The notes beneath the pieces are model-generated. The model was not told the origin of the DNA. It did not search any database and saw only the letters and a program-made list of their open reading frames with translations. A program made the position numbers and the translations under genes. DNA of 64,000 nucleotides, from positions 2,848,001 to 2,912,000 of the forward strand of contig OY762897.2 in assembly GCA_963666515.2 (NCBI GenBank), written 5' to 3'. The first letter of the stretch is position 1. Each line of letters starts with the position of its first letter. Below are positions 9,232 to 18,958 of this stretch, piece after piece. Source of the DNA: Candidatus Binatia bacterium (GTDB lineage Bacteria; Desulfobacterota; Binatia; UBA9968; JAJDTQ01).

Positions 9232-9780
9232 GTGACTCCCGGCGCCACACGTTTTGCCCAGGCCGCGCTGCTGGGGGACTCCGACGCCTCCTACGACAAC
9301 TTGGCGCTGGCCGAGGACGCCGGCGAGATGCTCGCGCGGCGCGGCGTCACCCTGATCACCGGCGGCCGGGGCGGAGTCATGGAAGCGGCCTGCCGGGGCG
9401 CCGCGCGGGCCGGCGGCCTCACCGTGGGGATCACCCCCGGCACCGACACGAGAGCGGCCAACCCCTGGTGCGACATCGTCCTGCCGACCGGCCTGGGCCA
9501 TGCGCGGAACGCCCTGACGGCTCTGGCCGGCGACTTCGTCGTGGCGGTGGGCGGCGGCGCCGGCACCCTCTCCGAGCTGTGCTTCGCGTGGATGCACGGA
9601 CGGCCCATCTACGTGTTGCAGGGATCGGGCGGTTGGTCCGGCCGCCTCGCCGGCGGCGCGCTGGACCACCGCGCCTCATCGGTGATCGTCGACTGTGACG
9701 GCGTCGACGCGCTGGAGCGCGAAGTGGTGCGCTTCTGCGCCGAGCGGGACCTGAGGATACGGGAGGCGGACACGGAATGA
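9232..9780 (+). CDS. LOG/SLOG family protein (TIGR00725-like)
   Basis: TGGRGGVMEAACRGA, TGLGHARN, GGGAGTLSEL motifs. Confidence 0.85.
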   Translation: MTPGATRFAQAALLGDSDASYDNLALAEDAGEMLARRGVTLITGGRGGVMEAACRGAARAGGLTVGITPGTDTRAANPWCDIVLPTGLGHARNALTALAGDFVVAVGGGAGTLSELCFAWMHGRPIYVLQGSGGWSGRLAGGALDHRASSVIVDCDGVDALEREVVRFCAERDLRIREADTE

Positions 9781-9835
9781 CTTTGCCCCGCCCGTGCGTG
9801 TCCTCGCCAGAATTGGCCGGACACGACGCTGGTTC

Positions 9836-10909
9836 ATGAACGCGCGCTCACAGGCATGGTTCTGGCTCCTGGTGCTGGCCGCGGCGCTGCTGCTGGTCTG
9901 GCTGCTGAGCGCCATCCTGTTCCCCTTCGCGCTGGGCATCGCCCTTGCCTACGCCCTGGACCCGGCCGCCACGTGGCTGGAACGGCGCGGCTGCTCGCGC
10001 ACGGCCGCCACCGTGCTCATCGGCGCCGGCTTCTTCGGCGCCGGCCTGTCGGCGCTGCTGCTGCTCATCCCGCCGGTGGCGGAGCAGGCCGCGGACCTGC
10101 TCCAGCGGCTCCCGGCGCTGGTCTCCCGCCTCGTCCAGGCCATCGGGCCGCTGCTCGCCCGGGCGCTGAACGCCATCGGCGCCGACCAGCCGGAGGGACT
10201 GCACCAGACCATGGCCGGGAACCTTCAGCGGCTGACGAAGCTCGGACTGGGGCTGCTCCAGGGCCTGGTGAGCGGCGGCGCCGCGGTCGTCAACGTCGCC
10301 TCCCTTCTCACCATCACGCCCCTCACCACATTCTACATGCTCCGGCAGTGGCCCGGCATCGTGTCCACCGTCGACGGCTGGCTGCCGCGGGACCACGCCG
10401 GCACGGTGCGCGGCATCATGCGCGACATCGACGTGGTGCTCAAGGGTTTCCTCCACGGCTCGGTCATCATCTGCGCCGCGCTGGGGGCCTTCTACGGCGT
10501 GGCCCTCTCGCTGGCGGGACTGGACTACGGCCTCACCATCGGCCTCGTCACCGGCGCCCTCTCCTTCATCCCTTACGTGGGGACGATCTTCGGGCTGGTA
10601 TCGTCCGTCGGCGTCGCCTGCCTCCAGTTCTGGCCGGAATGGGTCCGCATCGCCCTGGTCCTGGGGATCTTCCTGGTGGGGCAGTTGCTGGCCGACTACG
10701 TGCTGACGCCGCGGGTCATGGGCAGCCGCATCGCCGTCCATCCCTTGTGGCTGATCTTCGGCCTGTTCGCCGGCGGCGCTCTCTTCGGCTTCGTCGGCAT
10801 GCTGCTCTCCGTCCCCGCCACCGCCGCCGCCGGCGTCCTCGCCCGCTTCTTCATCGGGCGCTACAAGGAATCGTCGCTGTACCGCGGCGCCGGCGGTGGA
10901 ACCCCGTAG
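9836..10909 (+). CDS. AI-2E (PerM) family transporter
   Basis: Multi-TM protein with LAYALDP, SFIPYVG, LTPRVMG..VHPLW..FGFVGMLL.VP. Confidence 0.88.
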   Translation: MNARSQAWFWLLVLAAALLLVWLLSAILFPFALGIALAYALDPAATWLERRGCSRTAATVLIGAGFFGAGLSALLLLIPPVAEQAADLLQRLPALVSRLVQAIGPLLARALNAIGADQPEGLHQTMAGNLQRLTKLGLGLLQGLVSGGAAVVNVASLLTITPLTTFYMLRQWPGIVSTVDGWLPRDHAGTVRGIMRDIDVVLKGFLHGSVIICAALGAFYGVALSLAGLDYGLTIGLVTGALSFIPYVGTIFGLVSSVGVACLQFWPEWVRIALVLGIFLVGQLLADYVLTPRVMGSRIAVHPLWLIFGLFAGGALFGFVGMLLSVPATAAAGVLARFFIGRYKESSLYRGAGGGTP

Positions 10910-10932
10910 GGGCGACCGCCGGTCGCCCCTGC
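10906..10932. repeat. REP-like palindrome (GTAG-type)
   Basis: GTAGGGGCGACC-GCC-GGTCGCCCCTGC hairpin. It supplies the TAG stop of the AI-2E gene and lies between convergent genes. Confidence 0.7.
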
Positions 10933-10996
10933 ACAGACAGGCCGCAAACCCGGTTTCGGCCGGCTCTGCGTCATCGATGTCTCAGCACGCCGCGCC

Positions 10997-11764
10997 TCAC
11001 AGGGTCAGCTTGCGCCGCATGAGGCGCGCCGAATAGGCCACCAGCACGGTGGAGACGCCCAGGATGTAGGCCACGTCCCAGAGCAGCGCGGGTGAGGCCG
11101 GGCCGAAGAACGCGGCGCGCGCGAGCCGCACGGGATGGAGCAGGGGCAGGCACTCGGCCACCCAGAGCCAGGACGCCGACAGGCGCTCCTCCAGTGGGAA
11201 GAACACCGACGAGAAGAGGAACAGCGGCGTGAGGAACAGGGTGAAGTAGAAGCTGTACAGCTCGATGGTGCCGATGCGCAGGGTGAAGGCCAGTCCGATG
11301 GCGGAGAAGAGGAGGCCCGTCAGGGGTATCACGGGCACCACCCAGAGCGCCTGCGGCAGCGGCGCCAGCCCGGCCGCGGCCACCACCAGCGCGAAGCACA
11401 GGCCGTAGACGCACGACCGGGTCATGGACCACAGCAGCTCACCGGCCACCACGTCCACCGGTTGTATGGGCGTGGTCAGCATGGCGTCGTAGGCCTTCTC
11501 GATGTTCATACGCACGAAGATGTTGTAGGTGACCTCGAAGCTCGCGCCGTTCATGGCGGCGACGCACACGAGCCCCGGTGCCAGGAACTGGATGTAGGAG
11601 GTGCCGCCCATGGTGGTGATGTAGGCGCCGAGGCCCACGCCGAGGGACACCAGGTAGAGCACCGGCTCGAAGAAGTTGGGCAGGATGTTCCATCTCCAGG
11701 TCCGGCGGTACATGGAAGCGTTGCGGCGCCACACCGACAGGGCGTACCGCCAGGAGAGGGTCAC
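10997..11764 (-). CDS. ABC-2 type transporter permease (NodJ-like)
   Basis: GTG 11764 overlaps the ATPase stop; FFEPVLYL, YIQFLAPG, TPLFLFSSVFFP. Confidence 0.87.
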   Translation of the reverse strand: MTLSWRYALSVWRRNASMYRRTWRWNILPNFFEPVLYLVSLGVGLGAYITTMGGTSYIQFLAPGLVCVAAMNGASFEVTYNIFVRMNIEKAYDAMLTTPIQPVDVVAGELLWSMTRSCVYGLCFALVVAAAGLAPLPQALWVVPVIPLTGLLFSAIGLAFTLRIGTIELYSFYFTLFLTPLFLFSSVFFPLEERLSASWLWVAECLPLLHPVRLARAAFFGPASPALLWDVAYILGVSTVLVAYSARLMRRKLTL

Positions 11765-12684
11765 CGGTTGTCCTCGAGGCTGGTGCCGGTGAGAGTCAGG
11801 AACACGTCCTCCAGGTCGGTGGGCCGCACCGCCATGACGCTGGCGCCGATGCCGGGCAGGCGCCTGATCCGGTCCAGCAGCACGGCGGGGTCGTCCAGGT
11901 AGACCATGGTGCGGTTCCCCAGCCGGCACCGGGGCGGGCTCTCGCCCAGACCTCGCAGCAGCGCGTACTCCTGCGCCGGGGTCGCCTCGACCTCCACCGC
12001 CTGCCGGGCCAAGTAGCGCCCGATCAACTCCTCGGGCGCGCCCTGGGCGATGACGTCGCCGGCGGACATGATGGCGACGGTGTCGCACAGCCGCTGGGCC
12101 TCGTCCATGTAGTGGGTGGTCAGGAGCACGGTGGCGCCGGCGCGCCGCAACTCCCGCACCCGCGCCCACAAGCCGAGCCGCACCGCGGGGTCGAGCCCGG
12201 TGGTGGGCTCGTCCAGGATCAGCAGCTCCGGGCGGTTCATCAGCGACAGGGCCACCGCCAGCCGGCGCTGGTAGCCGCCGGACAGCTTGTCCACCGGCAC
12301 GTCCGCGTGGGAGCGCAGCTCCATGAAGTCGATGAGCTCTTCCACCCGTTGCGCCAGCCCGGCGCCGTCCATGAGGTGATACCGTCCGAAGATGGTGAGG
12401 TTGGCCCGGGGCGACAGGGTCTCGATGAGGACGTTCTGCTGGAGCGTGACGCCCAACCGCCGGCGCACCGCGCGCACGTTGCGCGACACGTCCATGCCGA
12501 ACACGCGGACGTGGCCGCTGGTGGGCAGGGTGACGCCGTAGACCATGCGCAGGGTCGTGGTCTTGCCGGCGCCGTTGGGACCCAGGAGGCCGAAGCAGAC
12601 GCCTTCGGGAACGTTCAGGGTGAGGCCGTCCACGGCCACCCGCTCGCCGAAGCGCTTGGTGACGCCCGAGACTTCAACGATCAC
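11761..12684 (-). CDS. ABC transporter ATP-binding protein (NodI/DrrA-like)
   Basis: GPNGAGKTT, LSGG, ILDEPTTGLD, TTHYMDEA. Confidence 0.93.
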   Translation of the reverse strand: MIVEVSGVTKRFGERVAVDGLTLNVPEGVCFGLLGPNGAGKTTTLRMVYGVTLPTSGHVRVFGMDVSRNVRAVRRRLGVTLQQNVLIETLSPRANLTIFGRYHLMDGAGLAQRVEELIDFMELRSHADVPVDKLSGGYQRRLAVALSLMNRPELLILDEPTTGLDPAVRLGLWARVRELRRAGATVLLTTHYMDEAQRLCDTVAIMSAGDVIAQGAPEELIGRYLARQAVEVEATPAQEYALLRGLGESPPRCRLGNRTMVYLDDPAVLLDRIRRLPGIGASVMAVRPTDLEDVFLTLTGTSLEDNR

Positions 12685-12729
12685 GTGCGCTGGCCGTGGC
12701 TGGAGGGCGGAGCATGCGCGGAAACGGCG

Positions 12730-13794
12730 TCAGTTGAGGCCGTAGAAGCGCCGCGCGTTGTCGCCCAGCACGGCCGCCTTGTGCGCTTCCGAAAGCTCGG
12801 TGTGGCTGCGCGTCTCCTCGATCATCTTCCGCGCCGCGGGCAGGTCCACCTCGTGGGGATAATCCGAGGAGTAAGCGAACGGCTCGATGCCCACGCGCCC
12901 GGCCAGGTACGGCAGGCTCACGTCGTTGCCCTCGCAGCCGATGAGGACTTGGCCGCTGGCGATGTACTCGGGCAGCGGCTTGCAGGAGAGCCCCTCCAGC
13001 TCGGCGTCCCGTTCCATGCGGTCGGCGATGCAGGTGAGCCAGGCGCATCCCCCTTCCAGGAACGCCACCTTGAGGGTCGGGTAGCGGTCGAACCAGCCGT
13101 GGTAGATGAACGACACCAGCGCGATCATCAGCGGAATCGGGTGGTGCAGCAGGCGGGAGCCCAGGCGGCTGGTGAACGAGTCCATGCCCACGCCGCGGTT
13201 GGAGCCGCCGTGAATGCCCAGCACGCAGCCGAGGTCCGCGGCCTCCTCGTAGACCGGCGCGAAGAACTCGTGGCCCAGGTTCAGCTCCAGGCCGGTGGAG
13301 GGGAGCGTGCCGCCCAGGAGCCCCAGCTCCTTCACGCACCGGCGCAGCTCCGCGGCCGCGGCCTTGGGGTCCTGCATGGGCAGCAGCGCGATGGGGTGCA
13401 GCCGCTTGCTGATGCCGCGGTAGCGCTCGGTGACGTAGTCGTTGTAGGCGCGGCACACCTTGACCGCGTAGCTCGGCTGCTGGATGAAGCCCATGGACAG
13501 CCCCTCGGTGGCGTACAGGACCGAGTCGGTGATCTCGGCCTTCTTGACGAACTCGAAGATGTCCTCGCCCGACCCCGTGCGCTCGTCGCTGGCCCTGACC
13601 GGATGGACGCGGCTCTCCGCGGTCATCTCCTCGGTCTCCGGGTAGTGCATGCCGTCGATGGACGGGAACACGCCGGCCCGGTTCCGGGGCGGATTCAACG
13701 CGTAGTCCCTGGCATCCGGGACCATGTACTCGGCCATCTCGGGTATGGACTCGATCAGGTGGCCGTCGGCGTCGACAACGGAAATCTCGCTCAT
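12730..13794 (-). CDS. Amidohydrolase family protein (Amidohydro_2)
   Basis: DADGH, RAYNDY, LGIHG, AFLEGG, SSDYPH. Confidence 0.88.
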   Translation of the reverse strand: MSEISVVDADGHLIESIPEMAEYMVPDARDYALNPPRNRAGVFPSIDGMHYPETEEMTAESRVHPVRASDERTGSGEDIFEFVKKAEITDSVLYATEGLSMGFIQQPSYAVKVCRAYNDYVTERYRGISKRLHPIALLPMQDPKAAAAELRRCVKELGLLGGTLPSTGLELNLGHEFFAPVYEEAADLGCVLGIHGGSNRGVGMDSFTSRLGSRLLHHPIPLMIALVSFIYHGWFDRYPTLKVAFLEGGCAWLTCIADRMERDAELEGLSCKPLPEYIASGQVLIGCEGNDVSLPYLAGRVGIEPFAYSSDYPHEVDLPAARKMIEETRSHTELSEAHKAAVLGDNARRFYGLN

Positions 13795-13854
13795 GTCAAA
13801 CCTCCCGTGTGGTCAGGGTTCGGAGATTGGCCTAACACCCGCGCGCCGTTCAGG

Positions 13855-15069
13855 TCAACCGTCCCGCCGGAACCTGAGCGGGAACACGATGCACGCGCCC
13901 GCCAGCAGGCAGACACCGGGGAAGAAGAAGGCCGCCATGATGCCGAAGCGTCCGATAAGATATCCCGCCAGCGTGGGCGCGGGCACCACCAGGATGTGGG
14001 TGCCCAGGGAAACCAGCCCGAAGGAGGACGCCTGGCTGCCCTTTCCCGCCACGTCGAGGGCCGCGGCCGTCGTCACGTTGGCCACCGTGTAGAAGAGAAA
14101 CCCGATGGCGACGACCACAACTGCCAGCGCCACTCCCGCCGCCGCCCATTGCAGGAGGAAGTACACCAGCCCGAGGAGGAGCAACGAAGGGGCCAGCACC
14201 GCCTTGCGCCCCAGCCGGTCCGACAGGACGCCCATCACCGGCTGGGCCACGAGACCGGACACGCTCATGATCATGAGATAGACGCCCATTCCGAAATCGG
14301 CGTAACCCAGGTACTCGACGAGGTAGATGGGCAGGAACGTCATGGTGACCTGGCGCGCGATCTGGTTGAAGCTTCGGACCAGCATCAGCACCAGCACGAC
14401 CGGATTCCGCGCCAGCTCCTTGATCTCCTGAAACGGTTTCGGTTTCTTCGCCGGGACCTCGTCCCCTTCGAACATGCGCGCGGCATAGATCCACACCAGC
14501 CCCGCAGCAGCGAGCCCCACCAGGAACTGGCTCTCCATCACCCGTTGCCATGCGAAGTTCTCCAGCAGGAGGCCCATGGCCGGCGGGGTCAGGGTGTTGC
14601 CCAAGGTGGCGCCCATGCCGTAGACCCCGATGACCGTGGCCCGGTTCTCCGGGAACTGGTTCGACAGCGAGGCCACCGACGCCGGATGGAACAGCGTGGT
14701 TCCCGCGGCCAGGAGCGCGACGGCCAGCATCCACCACCAGTAGCCGGACAGCGCCCCGAACACCCAGTAGCAGAGCCCCATGCACACCAGCGATGAGGTC
14801 ACGATGAGAGCGCGCTGGCGCACCCAGGTGTCCGCGAGCATTCCCGACGGCACGTCCAGCGCGGCCTGCGCGAACATCCGCATGGAGGCGAGACCGCCCA
14901 ACTGCACGTCGGTGAGACCCACGTTCGACTTGAGGGTCGGCCCGAGCACGGGCAGTATCTGCATGAACCAGTGGATAGCGACGTGGGCCAGAGTGATGAA
15001 ACCCAGGAGCCTGAGGCGCTGACGGCCTACCTGGGCCGCCAGAGAGCGAAGTGGTTCAAGCGTCTTCAT
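13855..15069 (-). CDS. MFS transporter (Fsr-like)
   Basis: About 12 hydrophobic segments; GMLAD, FHP, GVLSDRLGRK. Confidence 0.88.
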   Translation of the reverse strand: MKTLEPLRSLAAQVGRQRLRLLGFITLAHVAIHWFMQILPVLGPTLKSNVGLTDVQLGGLASMRMFAQAALDVPSGMLADTWVRQRALIVTSSLVCMGLCYWVFGALSGYWWWMLAVALLAAGTTLFHPASVASLSNQFPENRATVIGVYGMGATLGNTLTPPAMGLLLENFAWQRVMESQFLVGLAAAGLVWIYAARMFEGDEVPAKKPKPFQEIKELARNPVVLVLMLVRSFNQIARQVTMTFLPIYLVEYLGYADFGMGVYLMIMSVSGLVAQPVMGVLSDRLGRKAVLAPSLLLLGLVYFLLQWAAAGVALAVVVVAIGFLFYTVANVTTAAALDVAGKGSQASSFGLVSLGTHILVVPAPTLAGYLIGRFGIMAAFFFPGVCLLAGACIVFPLRFRRDG

Positions 15070-15077
15070 GGAGGAGG

Positions 15078-16556
15078 CTACCCCGCTCCGTTGACCCCGC
15101 GGGCCTGGAGCACGAGCCGGGTCTTCATGTCGTGCAGCCGGGCTTCGAGGCCCACCGGATATTCATGCGGGTTCACCCTGCGCTTGATGCTGTTGTGGAA
15201 GCCCGCCAGCTCGGCCTGGGCGCGCTCCCGGGCCGCGTGCACCGACGGCACTTCGTAGACCAGCTCGCCTGCGCGGAACACCGGCACCAGCAGGTCCTCG
15301 AACCCGGTGCCGCCGGAGACGTGCTTCCTGCGAGTCATGTTCATGGGATCGACGATGGTGCAGCCGTCGCCGATGCCCAGGGTCTCGTCGTAGACGGCGT
15401 CCGCCACGAAGCGGTCGCCCTGGCGGAAACGCCGCGCCTGGAGGATGCCCGGCGTCGACACCTTGATGGCCTGCTCCGAGAGCTTCACCTTGTTGATCCA
15501 CCCATCTCCTTCGGAGCGGACGCACGACAGCTTGTAGACGCCGCCCAGGGCGGGCTGGTCGTAGCCGGTGGCGAGCTTGGTGCCGACGCCCCAGACGTTG
15601 ATGCGGGCGCCCTCCTCCTTGAGCGAGGCGATCACGTGCTCGTCGAGGTCGTTGCTGCCGACGATGACCGCGTCCGGGAAGCCGCCCTGGTCCAGGATCT
15701 GGCGCGCCTCGATGCTGAGGAACGCCAGGTCGCCGGAGTCCAGCCGGATGCCCACCATCTCGTGGCCCCGCTCCCGCAGCTTGCGGCCGATCTCCACGGC
15801 CCTGCGGACGCCGTTGAGGCTGTCGAACGTGTCCACCAGCAGGAGACAGTTGTTGGGCATGGCGTCGGCGTAGGTCTCGAACGCCTCCATCTCGTCGTCG
15901 AACGACAGCACCCAACTGTGGGCGTGGGTGCCCTTCACCGGGATGTCGAAGAGCTTGCCGGCGAGGGCGTTGGAGGTCCCGGCGCAGCCGCCCACGTAGG
16001 CCGCCCGGCTGGCCGCGAGCGCGCCGTCGAACCCCTGCGCCCTTCTCAGCCCGAACTCCAGCACCGGCTCGCCGCGGGCGGACTGGCACACCCGCGCCGC
16101 CTTGGTGGCGATGAGCGTCTGGAAGCAGATGATGTTGAGCAGCACCGTCTCCAGGATCTGGCCCTGCAGGATGGGACCCCGGATCCGCACCAGCGGCTCG
16201 TGGGGGAACACCACCGTCCCCTCGGGAATGGCGTCCACGTCGCAGGCGAAGCGGCAGTCCCGCAGGTAGTCCAGGAAGCCGTCCTCGAACAGCGGCTTGC
16301 CGTCGTTGCCGCGGAGCTGCGCCAGGTAGTCGAGGTCGCTTGCGTCGAAGCCGAACCGCGTCAGCACCCCGACCACGTGCCCGAGGCCGCAACCCACGGC
16401 GAACCCGCCGTGGTAGGGGTTCTCGCGGAAGGAGAGGTGGAACACGGCCTCCTTCTGCGCGGTCCCGGACTTCCAGTAGGCGTAGGCCATGGTGAGCTGG
16501 TAGAGGTCCGTCAGCAGCGCCAGGGAGTTGTTGTAGAGCTGTTCGAGGGTATGCAT
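15078..16556 (-). CDS. pncB: Nicotinate phosphoribosyltransferase
   Basis: LLTDLYQLTM, EFGLRRAQG, GTHAHSW, LVDT, IRLDSGD, GGVYKL. Confidence 0.95.
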   Translation of the reverse strand: MHTLEQLYNNSLALLTDLYQLTMAYAYWKSGTAQKEAVFHLSFRENPYHGGFAVGCGLGHVVGVLTRFGFDASDLDYLAQLRGNDGKPLFEDGFLDYLRDCRFACDVDAIPEGTVVFPHEPLVRIRGPILQGQILETVLLNIICFQTLIATKAARVCQSARGEPVLEFGLRRAQGFDGALAASRAAYVGGCAGTSNALAGKLFDIPVKGTHAHSWVLSFDDEMEAFETYADAMPNNCLLLVDTFDSLNGVRRAVEIGRKLRERGHEMVGIRLDSGDLAFLSIEARQILDQGGFPDAVIVGSNDLDEHVIASLKEEGARINVWGVGTKLATGYDQPALGGVYKLSCVRSEGDGWINKVKLSEQAIKVSTPGILQARRFRQGDRFVADAVYDETLGIGDGCTIVDPMNMTRRKHVSGGTGFEDLLVPVFRAGELVYEVPSVHAARERAQAELAGFHNSIKRRVNPHEYPVGLEARLHDMKTRLVLQARGVNGAG

Positions 16557-16733
16557 GCCGGAGCGCTTGAAAGTGTCGAGGGGAGATCAACGGCAAGTCT
16601 AGGTGCTGGCGCGCCGGTAATCAAGCGGCCCCGGGACATCGGTTGCGCCCACCGCCCGATTGTTACACAATCGGCTGCACGCTTCCGCATACATGCGGTC
16701 CGGGCGCATCGGACGAGACCGGGGAGTTCCATC

Positions 16734-17498
16734 GTGGCGAAGAGAAGTGAACAGATCCTGCACGACGGCGAAGCGGCCAGGCAGGCGCGCCTGGACCTCG
16801 CCGCCGCCTACCGGCTGGCAGTCCGGTTCGGTTTTCACGAGGCCATCGACAACCACTTCAGCCTGCTGCTGCCCGGACGGGACGACCTGATGCTGCTGAA
16901 CCCCTATCCGCTCCACTGGTCGGAGATAACGGCCGGCAACCTCCTTCTCACGGACTTCCAGGGCAACCGGCTGGAGGGCTCGCACGAGGTGGAGCCCACC
17001 GCGCTCCACATCCACGCACCCCTTCACCAGGCCAACCCCAGGGGCTTCCGCTGTCTCCTGCACACCCACATGCCATACGCCAGCGCCATCGCCTGCCGCC
17101 AGGGCGGACGCCTGGAGATGGTGCACCAGGTGAGCAGCCGGTTCGACGGCGACGTCGCCTACCTCGAAGACTACAACGGACTCGTGCTCGACCGCACGGA
17201 AGGCAACCGCATCGCGCGGGTGATGGGCGACAAGAACGTGCTCTTCATGGCCAATCACGGCGTCATCACCGCCGGCAGGACCGTCGCGGAAGCCTTCGAC
17301 CGGCTCTACTTCCTGGAACGCGCCTGCAAGGTGCAGGTGCTGGCGGAGATGGGCGGACATCCGCTCCAGCGCATCACGCACGAGACCGCCGACCTGCTCA
17401 GGCGCCAAAGGGGCCAGGGCGAGAACCTGGCCGCCGAGCGCCACTTCGCCGCCCTGAAGCGCATCCTGGACCGCGAAGAGCCCGACTACGCGAGTTAG
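16734..17498 (+). CDS. Class II aldolase/adducin family protein
   Basis: C-terminal part of ORF 15051..17498 from GTG 16734; DLAAAYR..EAIDNHFS, LHTHMPYA, NHGV, YFLERAC. Confidence 0.88.
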   Translation: MAKRSEQILHDGEAARQARLDLAAAYRLAVRFGFHEAIDNHFSLLLPGRDDLMLLNPYPLHWSEITAGNLLLTDFQGNRLEGSHEVEPTALHIHAPLHQANPRGFRCLLHTHMPYASAIACRQGGRLEMVHQVSSRFDGDVAYLEDYNGLVLDRTEGNRIARVMGDKNVLFMANHGVITAGRTVAEAFDRLYFLERACKVQVLAEMGGHPLQRITHETADLLRRQRGQGENLAAERHFAALKRILDREEPDYAS

Positions 17499-17530
17499 CC
17501 TCCTGGGACCCGTGTCCAAGTAGTCGAACT

Positions 17531-17598
17531 GCAGGGGCGACTGCGGGGGCGACCCGCGGTCTACATGGGCGACTGTAGGGGCGACCCGCGGTCGCCCT
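17531..17598. repeat. Cluster of degenerate and intact REP-like GTAGGGGCGACC palindromes
   Basis: GTAGGGGCGACCCGCGGTCGCCCT at 17575-17598, preceded by partial GGGCGAC copies; between convergent genes. Confidence 0.65.
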
Positions 17599-17615
17599 GG
17601 GTTCGAGCGGGCAGT

Positions 17616-18347
17616 TCATTCCGGCGGTCTGCGCCCGAAAAGGTACGCGATGCCGATGCTGAGCAGGTAGAGCCCGATGAGGGGTCCGGCCAGCAGGATC
17701 TGCGAGACCACGTCCGGCGGGGTCAGAACCGCGGCCAGCACGAACATCACCAGCAGGGCGTAGCGGAAATGGCGCCATAGGAAACGGTGGTTCCAGACAC
17801 CCATGCGAGCCAGGAAGAAGGTGAACACGGGCAGTTGGAACGTGATGCCGAACGCCATGACGATGCGGAAAAAAAAGGAGAAATACTCCGCCACGCGTAT
17901 CTCGGGGTTCACCCCGATGGCGCCGTACTGGTCGAGGAAATACAGGAACGCCAGCGGCAGCACGGTGCGATAGCAGAAGAACGCGCCGGACAGGAAGAAC
18001 AGCGAAGCGGTCGCGACGAAGCCCACCAGGTAGCCCGTCTTGCCGTCCGCGCCGAACAACGGCGCCACGAGGCGCCACACCTGGTAGAAGATGACCGGGC
18101 TCCCCGCCAGCACCGCGGCAAGGAACGCGACCTTGATCTCCACGAAGAAGACTTCCGCCACCCCTGTGCCGATGAGGCTCTGCCCCGGCTGCAACCGGCT
18201 CCTGAGGGGTTCTACAAGGACCTCGAAGAGCTGCGGGGCGAGCAGGAAGCCCACGACGAACAGGACCAGCACCGCCCCCAGCGACCGGATCAGGCACGAA
18301 CGCGCCCTTTCCAGTTCATCGGTGAGTCTCGGTAGAATCGGGGTCAT
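17616..18347 (-). CDS. tatC: Twin-arginine translocase subunit TatC (divergent)
   Basis: Six TMs; PVIFYQVW..AP, FGITFQLP, AAVLTPPDVVSQ, LY.LSI. Confidence 0.85.
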   Translation of the reverse strand: MTPILPRLTDELERARSCLIRSLGAVLVLFVVGFLLAPQLFEVLVEPLRSRLQPGQSLIGTGVAEVFFVEIKVAFLAAVLAGSPVIFYQVWRLVAPLFGADGKTGYLVGFVATASLFFLSGAFFCYRTVLPLAFLYFLDQYGAIGVNPEIRVAEYFSFFFRIVMAFGITFQLPVFTFFLARMGVWNHRFLWRHFRYALLVMFVLAAVLTPPDVVSQILLAGPLIGLYLLSIGIAYLFGRRPPE

Positions 18348-18582
18348 GGATCGGGGTCACGGCGCCGCTGATCCGGCAGGGACGGTCCGCGGAAAACGTC
18401 GGGTCGGCGCCTCCATCTGTACCAGATCGCACCGCCGCGCGCGACGGAAGGGGCACGACGGGCCGATTTATGGGGATTAAATGTCGCCGAGGGCGGATGT
18501 CTGTTGAACTGGCGGATGAATCACGGTAAGAGTCTGGATTGTCGACGTAAACTCCACCCGGAACCCATGGAAGGAGGCAGCA

Positions 18583-18918
18583 GTGAACTTTTCTACCAAT
18601 TACGCGAAGGTACTCGGCAGGTTCGCCATCTCACTGGGGGTCCTCACGCTGCTGGGCAGCGGTTGTCTGCCCGTGGACCACGAACACGCCCAGTACAAGG
18701 TTAACATTCAGGCGGTCGAGGAGGCGACGAAGAAGTCGCAGGCCGCGGCCGGCGGGGCGAATTCAGCCGCCAAGAACGCCGACGCCGCAGCCAAGCGGGC
18801 GGAAGCCGCGGCCGCCAAGGCGGGGGACGCCGCGGCACGGGCCGAAGCCGCGGCGGAGCGAGCGGAACGCGCAGCCGCCAAGGCGGAAGCGATGTTCGAA
18901 AAATCCATGAAGAAATAG
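18583..18918 (+). CDS. Alanine-zipper lipoprotein (OprI/Lpp-like)
   Basis: AAGGAGG RBS, lipobox LGSGC, Ala-rich heptads, C-terminal MFEKSMKK. Confidence 0.78.
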   Translation: MNFSTNYAKVLGRFAISLGVLTLLGSGCLPVDHEHAQYKVNIQAVEEATKKSQAAAGGANSAAKNADAAAKRAEAAAAKAGDAAARAEAAAERAERAAAKAEAMFEKSMKK

Positions 18919-18935
18919 CCTTCCGGCGACCTTCG

Positions 18936-18958
18936 AGGCGTGACGCAAGGTCACGCCT
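18936..18958. terminator. Possible bidirectional terminator hairpin
   Basis: AGGCGTGAC-GCAAG-GTCACGCCT between the convergent lipoprotein gene and murJ; no clear U-tract. Confidence 0.35.

Noticed and set aside
15051-17498. 815-aa ORF that looks like a fusion to a class II aldolase
   Set aside because: The N-terminal ~560 aa are antisense to pncB; the real gene starts at about 16734.
18740-18890. GCC/GCG-rich repetitive DNA
   Set aside because: Encodes the Ala-zipper heptads of the lipoprotein.
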